Origin: an uncultured Sphingobacteriaceae bacterium
GTDB taxonomy: Bacteria > Bacteroidota > Bacteroidia > SpSt-205
Reading direction: 5' to 3'
NCBI GenBank assembly: GCA_964655255.1
Contig: CAZZMF010000001.1
Coordinates: 1-26,869 of the forward strand
DNA length: 26,869 nt
Below are positions 17,354-25,508 of this stretch, in pieces. Made by a program: the position numbers and the translations under genes. The notes under the pieces are model-generated. The model did not search any database. It was not told the origin of the DNA and worked only from the letters and a program-made list of their open reading frames with translations. Position 1 is the first letter of the stretch. Every line of letters begins with the position of its first letter.

Positions 17354-19516
17354 ATGAAAAAAATCGGCTGGCTGCTGGGAGGGTTAACTCTCCTATGGGG
17401 ACAGGCACTCCGGATAGTAGGGGAGGAGGGCGAACCGCTACGGAAAGCGCAGGTACGCCTGCAGCCCACGGCAGGGGGAAAAGCGCTTATCCTGCACACC
17501 GATAGCCTCGGCGGCATCAACGCCCCCGCCGGAAGCTACAAAATAGAGGTTTTCGCTGATGGCTTCGTCTCTTATAGGGGAGAGATTGTTCTGCCTGCTG
17601 CCGTGCCGCTACGGATGGTTCGTCCCTCCTACCAGCTCAGCGAAAATGTGATTACGGGGAGCTATGCCCCGGTTCAGGAGCTACGCAGTCTCTATCCCGT
17701 GCGTATTTTGACGGCGGAGAGGCTGGAAGCTCAAGGCGCTTTATACCTGCCCCAAGCGCTCATGACCGAACTCAATACGCGCATCGCCATGGACCCTAAC
17801 TTGGGTATGTTCGCAACGCTTCAAGGGCTGGGGGGCGAGCATGTCAAAGTACTCATAGACGGTGTGCCAGTGATAGGGCGCGTGAATGGCAGCGTGGATT
17901 TATCTCAACTGCCTCTCTCAGAAGTAGAGCGAGTAGAGATCGTAGAGGGTCCGATGAGTGTATTGTACGGGACTGATGCGATGGGCGGGGTGATCAATCT
18001 CATCACGCGTAAGAGCCGCTGTCAGTGGGAAGGGCGCGCACGCTTCCAGTATGAAGGGGTAGGGGTATATGATGCAGGTTTCTCACTTGCGGGTGGACCG
18101 GCGAAGCATCGGGTATCTATCGCTGGGGGGCGATATTACTTTGACGGGTGGGACCCCGACCCGAATAGGCTGCGAGCTCAGCTCTGGCGCCCCCGCGAGC
18201 AGTATAACCTACTGGCTTCCTATCAGTTTCGTCCATCTGAACGGCTGCACTTGCGTCTTCAGCTTCCTGCCAGTGATGAGACTTTCTTCAACCTCAAAGA
18301 GCCTACCATCACTCCCCGACGCATCTATGCCATAGACGAATACTACTACACGCGGCGCATACTACCTGCTGTAGATTTGAGCTATCAGTTCTCACCGAAG
18401 CTGCGGTATGATCAGCAAGGAGCCTTTCTGTATTATCGCCGCATCCGAAATGTCGTCTATAAGGACCTGGTGACCCTGCAGGAGACCCTTGTGCCCATGG
18501 AGGGGCAGCAGGACAGCACGCAGGAGTATCAAGTGTGGGCGCGCGGCGGGGTCACTTATACGGAGGGGCACTGGAACATTCAAATCGGACACGAGCTTCA
18601 GCATACTATCATCACAGGTGGGCGTATTCGGTCAGGGCGCGCCGAGATGGGCGATTATGCGCTGTGGGGCACCGCAGAATGGCAACTATCCCCTACCGTC
18701 TCCCTGCGTCCCGGCTTTCGCTGGGCATACAATACGCAGTTTCGGGCGCCTTTTCTCCCGGCGATGCATCTGCGCTGGACCCTCACCCCGTCGCTCACTT
18801 GGCGACTCGGGTATAGTCGCGGCTTCCGAGCACCGTCTTTGCGGGAGCAGTTTCTGTATCTCGTTTTCACGAACCACAATATCCAAGGCAACCCAGACCT
18901 TCGTGCCGAAAATAGCCACCACTTCCACACCAACCTCACCTGGAGCTACATCAAAACTGATCAGCTCTGGCGCTTCCGTTTCTCAGCTTTCTATAACGAC
19001 GTGCGGGATATTATTCAGCTCGTCATCATAGACCCTATGACCCTTTTCACGACCTATATGAATATGCAGCGCTTCCAAACGCTGGGGTTACAACCTCGGG
19101 TAGAATGGCGCGCAGCTAAGGTTTCATTCAGTACAGGGGCGACTTTTACGCAGTATCGTGGGGAGCGTTGGGGCTGGGAAGCTATGCTGCAGACTGCCTA
19201 CACATGGAAGCGCACGACTTTTAGCATTTTCTTCAAATACCAAAGCCAAACGCCCATCTTCCTATTGGGCGAAGATGGGAGTATCACTTGGCGGTGGATT
19301 GGCGGCTTTCCTTGGATGGATGTGTCTGTCCATCGTACCATCTGGCGGGAGCAGCTTCGAGCTACGGTGGGGATCCGAAACGCCTTTGGTATCACGAGCG
19401 TCCAAGCTAATCTCGCTGGCGGTGTGCATACAGGCAGTGGATTTAGTTCTCCTGTGGGTATGGGACGCTATCCCTTCGTACGCATAGAATATCATATCCA
19501 GCGCGGTCAGCTATGA
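17354..19516 (+). CDS. TonB-dependent outer-membrane receptor, probably for haem (HmuR-like)
   Basis: Signal MKKIGWLLGGLTLLWG|Q and plug motif VLIDGVP...ERVEIVEGPMSVLYGTDAMGGVINLIT. FRAP (18824-18835) and NPDL (18890-18901) have a His between them (18875-18877), as in haem receptors. ATG lies 1 nt after the upstream stop. Confidence 0.9.
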   Translation: MKKIGWLLGGLTLLWGQALRIVGEEGEPLRKAQVRLQPTAGGKALILHTDSLGGINAPAGSYKIEVFADGFVSYRGEIVLPAAVPLRMVRPSYQLSENVITGSYAPVQELRSLYPVRILTAERLEAQGALYLPQALMTELNTRIAMDPNLGMFATLQGLGGEHVKVLIDGVPVIGRVNGSVDLSQLPLSEVERVEIVEGPMSVLYGTDAMGGVINLITRKSRCQWEGRARFQYEGVGVYDAGFSLAGGPAKHRVSIAGGRYYFDGWDPDPNRLRAQLWRPREQYNLLASYQFRPSERLHLRLQLPASDETFFNLKEPTITPRRIYAIDEYYYTRRILPAVDLSYQFSPKLRYDQQGAFLYYRRIRNVVYKDLVTLQETLVPMEGQQDSTQEYQVWARGGVTYTEGHWNIQIGHELQHTIITGGRIRSGRAEMGDYALWGTAEWQLSPTVSLRPGFRWAYNTQFRAPFLPAMHLRWTLTPSLTWRLGYSRGFRAPSLREQFLYLVFTNHNIQGNPDLRAENSHHFHTNLTWSYIKTDQLWRFRFSAFYNDVRDIIQLVIIDPMTLFTTYMNMQRFQTLGLQPRVEWRAAKVSFSTGATFTQYRGERWGWEAMLQTAYTWKRTTFSIFFKYQSQTPIFLLGEDGSITWRWIGGFPWMDVSVHRTIWREQLRATVGIRNAFGITSVQANLAGGVHTGSGFSSPVGMGRYPFVRIEYHIQRGQL

Positions 19517-20484
19517 AGAGAATGGCTTATCGGATTCTTGTACTTGCAGTGGGGCTATTCTCCGCTTGCCGCAAACCTGAGAAGCCTTGGAAACTCCCCG
19601 AAGGAACAGGAGGACGAGTCATAGAAGCGAATACGGGCACGGAGTACGATACGGTCGTGTTCGTGAGCATGGAGCTTGGGACTACACATTCAAAGCTGCG
19701 TAGGGAGTGGGATCTTTTACTGTATCCCCGCGGCTCTACCTATCAAGTCTGGCTGAATGCCGCTATGTATGCCTTCGCTGCACAGGTCTCCGAAGCGGAA
19801 TGGCAGCAAATAACCCAACCTTCCCCTTCTCTGCCGTGGAAGTGCGACTTAGCGGATACAGCGGCGTTGCCGTCCCTGCAAGAGGGGGATCTCCTGTACT
19901 TTATATTGGATCGGGATAGGGGAGAGGCATTTTATCGGCAGCTGCGGCAGCGCTATCGGAAGGTTCGCCTGAGCTGGCAAGGACGAGAGGTGGAGGTGCT
20001 CGCGCTTTCTATGGATGGACGAGATACGGCTCTATGGCGCCTGCCAGTGGCTGCGACGCCCATTTATCTCAGTCTGGATAGGCCGGGCACTCCGGTAGAA
20101 ATTGCCCCTGTATGGCGCTCAGAGTTAGTGCTGACTCGGTATATCCATCCTTTCTACGACCAGCCAGAAGAGTTTCGCTGGTATCCAGTGCTTGGTGCTC
20201 TGCTCGGAGACGGGGTAGAAGCCGCTGCGGTTAGAACGGCTGAGACTCCCTATCAGGACATGGACTTTGCTAAGGCACAGCAGTTATCGTACTCTTCTCG
20301 TCGCGACCTGATAGGGTACGACTGGAAGCGATACGACTTCAATACGGGTACTTATACTGTGGATTTATCGCGGTACTTTGTGATTCGCACAGGTCCGATG
20401 ACCTACTACAAGCTGCGCTTTATAGACTTTTATGATGGGCAGGGGCGTAAAGGCAATGTCAAGATAGAATATGAGCCTTTGTAG
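19513..20484 (+). CDS. HmuY-family lipoprotein
   Basis: Lipobox LFSA|C and C-terminal IGYDWKRYD...YFVIRT...YYKLRFIDFYDGQGRKGNVKIEY, typical of HmuY-family proteins. ATGA overlap with the receptor gene. Confidence 0.85.
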   Translation: MKRMAYRILVLAVGLFSACRKPEKPWKLPEGTGGRVIEANTGTEYDTVVFVSMELGTTHSKLRREWDLLLYPRGSTYQVWLNAAMYAFAAQVSEAEWQQITQPSPSLPWKCDLADTAALPSLQEGDLLYFILDRDRGEAFYRQLRQRYRKVRLSWQGREVEVLALSMDGRDTALWRLPVAATPIYLSLDRPGTPVEIAPVWRSELVLTRYIHPFYDQPEEFRWYPVLGALLGDGVEAAAVRTAETPYQDMDFAKAQQLSYSSRRDLIGYDWKRYDFNTGTYTVDLSRYFVIRTGPMTYYKLRFIDFYDGQGRKGNVKIEYEPL

Positions 20485-20548
20485 AGAAGCGTAATACATG
20501 CTGATTGGTTGCTGAACTGAGAGGGCGCGTTATTTTGCTTTTTGGGGT

Positions 20549-20577
20549 GGGCGGCGGCGCCTTCGGCGCCGCCGCCC
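20549..20577. repeat. Perfect 13-bp all-GC palindromic hairpin (REP-like) between convergent genes
   Basis: GGGCGGCGGCGCC-TTC-GGCGCCGCCGCCC. Neither strand has a U-tract after the stem. Confidence 0.65.
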
Positions 20578-20685
20578 CGGATAAATCCATGCGCGCCAGT
20601 ACCTTAAACCCAGAGCCTGTGGGGCTTAGAAGGGAAGCAAATGCAGGGCTTCGGTATTACCCGCATCGTCAAACCATACGCCGCA

Positions 20686-21258
20686 TCAGCGCTGTAGCAG
20701 TTCCCTTAGGCTACTCACAGTGTCCTGCCCAACTACGCGCTTCCAGCATCTATGTTTGACATCATAGAAGGTATAGGGGTCTGGGAAGGCTATGAAGTCC
20801 GCTTGCAAGCTATCCAACGGGGTACCTTGGCGCCACTTTGAGAAGACCCCTTCTACCACCGCTCGCAGCGTGTCTTTGGGGAAACGATAAGTCCAGAAAA
20901 GCTCCTCATAATATCGAAAGCCTGTATCCGTGGGAATGCAGCGTCCTACGACGGCTTCTCGGCGGTCAGGATAGAGACTACGAGTAGGGCGGCTCAGTCC
21001 GAAGTACAGCGTCTCCCCAGCGTCTATCCACAACTCCCACTGATAGGATGAAATGGAATCTTTCGGCGTATGAGCGCCGGCTACCACAGGGTATAGGCGC
21101 CGGCGCATGGAGTCGCGCACATTCTGCGATATGCGTTCAGGCGGCGGCAGCATGGATACGCTTCTGGGATCAGAGCTACAAGCCGCAAGCAAAAAAAGCA
21201 GGGGCAGGCTCCAAGTCCTGCCCCCCTGTGGTGTGAAGAACCCCTCAGTACTGAGCAT
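20686..21258 (-). CDS. Hypothetical lipoprotein (about 190 aa)
   Basis: Lipobox LLFLLAA|CSSD. ATG 21258 overlaps the upstream stop by 14 nt. The globular aromatic-rich body (YFGLSRPTRSLY, YYEELFWTY, FIAFPDPYTFYD) has no function I recognise. Confidence 0.7.
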   Translation of the reverse strand: MLSTEGFFTPQGGRTWSLPLLFLLAACSSDPRSVSMLPPPERISQNVRDSMRRRLYPVVAGAHTPKDSISSYQWELWIDAGETLYFGLSRPTRSLYPDRREAVVGRCIPTDTGFRYYEELFWTYRFPKDTLRAVVEGVFSKWRQGTPLDSLQADFIAFPDPYTFYDVKHRCWKRVVGQDTVSSLRELLQR

Positions 21259-22660
21259 TATGCGGGTCAAAGTTGCACCAGCCATCTGTCCAGTCAGACT
21301 CAGGTGAGAGCGCACCCCTGAAGCTCACCCGCAGGAAGAAGTTATCCAGTTTGGGATTGTCAAAGTTAGCGCCCGTAGCGAGCGGAGACCCCGCTGGGAG
21401 ACGGAGATTGGGATTGGCTTGCCCTTCTATAAACACGAAGAAAGGCATCGGATTAGCTGATGAGTATCCGAAAAGAATCGCGAGGTTAGTATCCACCACT
21501 GTCTGATTGTTATTAGTCCCGGCAGTCCAGATGTCCTGTGCTGTGGTGTCTGCGGCGCCCTGACCTCCTCGGAAGCGACTACCGACATTAGCAGAATCTA
21601 TGAACAGAATGTTGTGTTGCAGGAAAGCGCGGGCCTGCTGATAATGTTCTGCTGTGCTACCGGCTCCGCCATCTATGCGTAGTCCTGTTGGGAAGCCGCC
21701 GATGACAGAGTTGAAGATGGAGACGGCGGCATTCCGGCGCAGGTGCATGGCATTCTGGTAGTTAGCGCTACGGGAGGCGCCACGGCGATGAATAGGACCC
21801 AAGATAGTCACATTAGAGAATACCGGGGAGGTAATAGGAGTCTGAGAGGAACCGGCGGCGTCATTGTCGCATTCAAACCCGTTGGAGCCGGACTGGTCAG
21901 CACCGAAGGGATCCCGTATAGCCAGCGCAAACTGCACGCGCCCCGACCATCCAAAGTCCGCATCAAAGTCATCATCCCATGTGGCATACGAGACGAGGTA
22001 CTTAGCGTCTACCGTCCCGCCGAACCACTCAAAGCCATCATCTCCGCCATAGGAGACCTGCACATGATCTATTTGCGTGCCTCGTCCGACGCCGCCCAGG
22101 GTGAGGCTATTGACTTCATTATTGGGGGTGAGGGCGACGCCTGCATACTCAATCCGCACATAGCGAAAGACGCCAGAGTCATCATCATCATTTGTACCGC
22201 CGTATAGAATGGGAGGCGTTATACCTTCTACGGAGACGTTGCTTTGATTGACGCGAGCGTTGCCTAAGATGATCACGCCGCCCCAGTCGCCGCGGTCTCT
22301 TTCGCCCGGTCCGAAGCGAGAGGTGAAGATAATCGGTTTTTCTGCTGTGCCCTCAGCGAAGATTTTACCCCCGCGATCCACGATAAGGGTACCCTTTGTG
22401 CGCCGATCGCCAAAGATGACCGTCCCCGCTGGAATGCGCAGCACACCCCCGGACCGAACGATGAAGTTCCCCACGAGGAGGTACTTCTTACTGGCATCCA
22501 GCGTAAGCTCGGTGGTGAGTTCGCCCCGGAGGGTGTCCAGACGCTCGCCGATCGGCTGCTGGGGCTGCGGAGCCTGTTTGTCGTCTTTTTTCTGGCATGC
22601 GATGAAGGCAGCGCTGACCATGAGCGCTACGACTACCATACGAAACCATGCGGTTCTCAT
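21245..22660 (-). CDS. Surface lipoprotein with right-handed beta-helix (pectin-lyase-like) fold, function unknown
   Basis: Lipobox AAFIA|C followed by QKKDDK, resembling the Bacteroidota lipoprotein export signal. Repeating beta-rung pattern: LRIPAGTVIF, PIIFTS, GDWGGVIILG, FRYVRIEYAG, DDGFEWFGG, DDDFDADFG, GFECDN. Confidence 0.85.
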   Translation of the reverse strand: MRTAWFRMVVVALMVSAAFIACQKKDDKQAPQPQQPIGERLDTLRGELTTELTLDASKKYLLVGNFIVRSGGVLRIPAGTVIFGDRRTKGTLIVDRGGKIFAEGTAEKPIIFTSRFGPGERDRGDWGGVIILGNARVNQSNVSVEGITPPILYGGTNDDDDSGVFRYVRIEYAGVALTPNNEVNSLTLGGVGRGTQIDHVQVSYGGDDGFEWFGGTVDAKYLVSYATWDDDFDADFGWSGRVQFALAIRDPFGADQSGSNGFECDNDAAGSSQTPITSPVFSNVTILGPIHRRGASRSANYQNAMHLRRNAAVSIFNSVIGGFPTGLRIDGGAGSTAEHYQQARAFLQHNILFIDSANVGSRFRGGQGAADTTAQDIWTAGTNNNQTVVDTNLAILFGYSSANPMPFFVFIEGQANPNLRLPAGSPLATGANFDNPKLDNFFLRVSFRGALSPESDWTDGWCNFDPHNAQY

Positions 22661-22697
22661 ATCGCCCGCAAATCAGCACCTACGGAAAAAAGTGAAT

Positions 22698-23413
22698 ATG
22701 AACTGGGTCTAAACCCATCGTAAATATCTCCCCAGGCTGTGGTGGAGGCGGCAGTAGCGGCTCTTATGCTTCCCCTTCGAAAGCCACCCAGCCCCTGTCA
22801 ATGCGCATGGAGGTCGCTCCCTACCGATGGCAAAGCGCCCCCGACTCCGTAGAAGCTTGGCTTACTGTAGTAGGGGGGCGGCTTCTGAGCCGATATAAAC
22901 CGGGTGCCGACCCCCAAGGTAGAAGTATTCTTCTCCAAGGTACAGGGAATGGGCACGCTGCTGAGCGAGCACACCAGCTTGGAAGACATCACGCAAGCCA
23001 AGATGGACATAAAAGCTCGCCTCCGTATGAAGGAAGAAGCCGTAGAACGCTTGCATGCGCTCATGCGTCAAGCCCGCACACCTTCGGAGATTCTGGAGAC
23101 GGAAAAAGCGCTACAAAAGGCGCTCACTGAGCGAGATGATCTCCGTTCGCAGTACGAAAACCAGCGGCTTCTCGCCGAGTATGTGCGGGTAGAACTCACA
23201 CTGCGTAATCGCCGATATGTGGAATATAGTCAGGGCGGCTCCTACTGGCTACAGCTCTGGCGCAGTGTAGAAGCAGGATGGGAGGGCCTTGTGTATTTCA
23301 CTTTCGTCATGGCGTATCTATGGTGGCTATGGATATTGATTGCTGGGCTGATTTTCTTGCTGCGATACAGGCGACGGCGGCGCTCATCTCCGACCACTGA
23401 GCGTAAAGTTTGA
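22698..23413 (+). pseudogene. Frame-disrupted DUF4349-family lipoprotein/membrane protein gene
   Basis: The C-terminal frame (RVP...EDIT...DIKARL...EILETE...VELTL plus a TM helix, stop 23411-23413) is DUF4349-like. The matching N-terminal part (GCGGGGSS...MRMEV...VVGGRLLS) is in a different frame, and a TGA at 22886-22888 blocks the C-terminal frame. The nearest ATG (22698) is in a third frame and stops after 4 codons. Confidence 0.68.
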
Positions 23414-23437
23414 ATCGCACACTCGCAGGAAAACGGT

Positions 23438-23445
23438 TATTTTTA
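23438..23445 (+). promoter_or_regulatory. Possible -7 element variant (TATTTTTA) for the cytochrome-propeller gene
   Basis: One mismatch to TAnnTTTG, 4 nt before ATG 23450, the same spacing as at DUF423. Confidence 0.35.
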
Positions 23446-23449
23446 TCAC

Positions 23450-24973
23450 ATGCGGCGCATCCTTCTGGGGCTTGCCGTTTGGATGGGGTGTCGGCGCGCC
23501 GAGGGACCTGTCCTCCAACAGCAGAGCCAGTATCCTGAGCCGGTAGCGCGCATTCTTGTGCGGCGCTGCGCAGGCTGTCACGGTGCTATGCAGCAGGCTC
23601 CGACGACGCCTGGCCACGGGCACTCCACCGCACCTAACGCCCCACCTCCTATCAATCTCAACCTCAGTTCATGGGATAGTCTCTTTTATGGACCTGCCCA
23701 CGAGGTGCCTCTTGTCATTCCATTTGATGCAGAGTGGTCCCACATTTTGTGGAAAGTCAATCGTTATCCAGAATGGGGTCCGACGAGTGCGCCGCTTTGC
23801 CCACCGCCAGTGCCAGATAGTTCTAATCTGCTTACGAAAGAGGAGTTAGAGGTCTTGCGGGCATGGATCGCCCAAGGCGCACCTAATGCCGACGGACGCC
23901 TACCCTGGGCAGAACGCATGAGTTCATGCAATAGAAAAGCCTTTGTCTGTGCTTCCGGTAGTGATGTTGTAGCGGTTTTTGATTTGGACACTTATCGCCT
24001 TTTGCGCCAAATCCCCGTAGGCATCCGCCCAGGACAAGTGGAAAGTCCGCATTATATTCAGATTTCGCCGGATAAGCGGTACTTCTATGTCACGCTCATC
24101 GCTGGTGCCGCTGTGGAGAAGTACCGCACCGACAACTACGAAAAAGTAGGGCGAGTAGAAGTAGGATCTAACCCCGCCCATATTGAGTTTAGCCCAGACG
24201 GAAAATATGCTGTAATCACGCATTTCACCGATGTGGCGCCTGTCAAGCTTACGCTCATAGATGCTGAGCGCATGGTCGTCTTAGATGAACTGCGAGACCC
24301 TACTGGGCAGATTATCGCGCGTCCGCATGGGCTGTGGATAACGCCCGACTTTCGGTATGCCTATGTAACGGCTAATGCAGGCAACTACTGTACCAAGGTA
24401 GAAATCAGCCCTGATCGCCAGCGGTTTGTGGATTTTGAGCAGATACCCTTAGTGCCGTCTATGTTGCCTCAGCCCGATACGCGGTGGGGACCTTACCAAA
24501 TCCTCGCCGAACCTACGGGGCAGTATTACTTCGTAAGCTGCGATGCTTCCAATGAAGTTCGGGTGTTTCGGCAGTCGGATGATAGCCTTGTGGCGGTTAT
24601 ACCAACCCCCGCAGCACCCAAGCTAATGGCTTATCACGATGGATTAGTTTATGTAGCCTGCCTAAAGGCAAAAGCCCCTGCCTTGCAAGGGGATAAAATG
24701 GGGGCTATTTCTGTCATAGATGCCACGACGCTGCGTTTGATAACGAACATTTATGGGACAGGGCACCTGCCCAGGGGGATTGGAGTGGATCCGGTGCGGG
24801 GGCGGCTGTTGATTTCCTTTGAGAACCTCGCTGGTACAGACCCGCCGCATCATTATGTGGGGGGGCTGCCGGGCGCCCCAGCTAAACTCTATGCTCTGCG
24901 CATTCCTTCCTTTCAGGTAGAAGCCATAAGGGAGTTTGCATTGGTCGGATACGGTTTAGCTATATCGCCATGA
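23450..24973 (+). CDS. Lipoprotein with N-terminal planctomycete-type cytochrome c domain and C-terminal YVTN/YncE beta-propeller
   Basis: Lipobox AVWMG|C, CAGCH (23567-23581), LNLSSWDSLFYG...VIPFDAEWSHILWKV...LTKEELEVLRAWIAQGAP. About seven blades of the type IPVG..PH.I..SPD..Y.YV follow. Confidence 0.85.
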   Translation: MRRILLGLAVWMGCRRAEGPVLQQQSQYPEPVARILVRRCAGCHGAMQQAPTTPGHGHSTAPNAPPPINLNLSSWDSLFYGPAHEVPLVIPFDAEWSHILWKVNRYPEWGPTSAPLCPPPVPDSSNLLTKEELEVLRAWIAQGAPNADGRLPWAERMSSCNRKAFVCASGSDVVAVFDLDTYRLLRQIPVGIRPGQVESPHYIQISPDKRYFYVTLIAGAAVEKYRTDNYEKVGRVEVGSNPAHIEFSPDGKYAVITHFTDVAPVKLTLIDAERMVVLDELRDPTGQIIARPHGLWITPDFRYAYVTANAGNYCTKVEISPDRQRFVDFEQIPLVPSMLPQPDTRWGPYQILAEPTGQYYFVSCDASNEVRVFRQSDDSLVAVIPTPAAPKLMAYHDGLVYVACLKAKAPALQGDKMGAISVIDATTLRLITNIYGTGHLPRGIGVDPVRGRLLISFENLAGTDPPHHYVGGLPGAPAKLYALRIPSFQVEAIREFALVGYGLAISP

Positions 24974-24980
24974 TTTTTTG

Positions 24981-24988
24981 TACCTTTG
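24981..24988 (+). promoter_or_regulatory. Bacteroidota -7 promoter element (TACCTTTG) for siaB-siaC-orf-iscS
   Basis: Exact TAnnTTTG match in the 30-nt gap, 15 nt before ATG 25004. Confidence 0.65.
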
Positions 24989-25003
24989 CTGAGAGCCCTC
25001 TGC

Positions 25004-25504
25004 ATGACCGTGTCTTCCGAACATCGCCTTCTTTTTAGGCATGAAGGACCTCTGGACATGGAGGTTCTCCCCTTTGTAGTGCACACGATGGACAAACTGC
25101 TTACCAAAGAAGGCGTGCGTCCGCCTTTGCGTCGGCGCATCGTATCTTCTCTCATAGAACTTGCACAAAATATCATTCGCTACGCCGCCTCGGATGAAAA
25201 GTATCCGCCTTTCATCTCTTTGAGCCGTTTCGATCAAGGTTTTGTACTGATTGCCCGCAATCTTGTCCATTACAGTCAGGAGCTTTTCCTCCAAGCCTAT
25301 CTCCAAAATCTTTTACAAATGCCCAGAGAAGAGCTGGAGAAGCTTCATTACACCACGCTCACAGAAGGCAACTATTCAGATAACGGTGGAGCAGGGCTCG
25401 GGCTGGTTCAAGTCCTCTTCAAGGCAGATGGCTTTGACTACGAGCTCACGCCCGCCGAAGGCGAATATAGCTGGTTCACCGTAAAAGCCACATTTTCTAT
25501 TTGA
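25004..25504 (+). CDS. SiaB-family (GHKL-like) protein kinase
   Basis: IELAQNIIRYA N-box and GGAGLGL G-box in a 166-aa protein directly upstream of a SiaC homologue. ATG 25004 is preferred over TTG 24986, which lies inside the promoter element. Confidence 0.85.
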   Translation: MTVSSEHRLLFRHEGPLDMEVLPFVVHTMDKLLTKEGVRPPLRRRIVSSLIELAQNIIRYAASDEKYPPFISLSRFDQGFVLIARNLVHYSQELFLQAYLQNLLQMPREELEKLHYTTLTEGNYSDNGGAGLGLVQVLFKADGFDYELTPAEGEYSWFTVKATFSI

Positions 25505-25508
25505 GCCT

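Noticed and set aside
20505-20759. 84-aa ORF in the convergent gap
   Set aside because: It runs through the GC palindrome, overlaps the opposing gene end and has no protein-like features.
21244-21255. 12-bp perfect palindrome CTCAGTACTGAG at the overlap of the two lipoprotein genes
   Set aside because: It is loopless, fully coding in two frames and single-copy; chance cannot be excluded.
22801-23130. 109-aa ORF as an independent gene
   Set aside because: Only its first 33 or so codons are meaningful (the DUF4349 N-terminal part). The rest is an off-frame read of the DUF4349 C-terminal segment.
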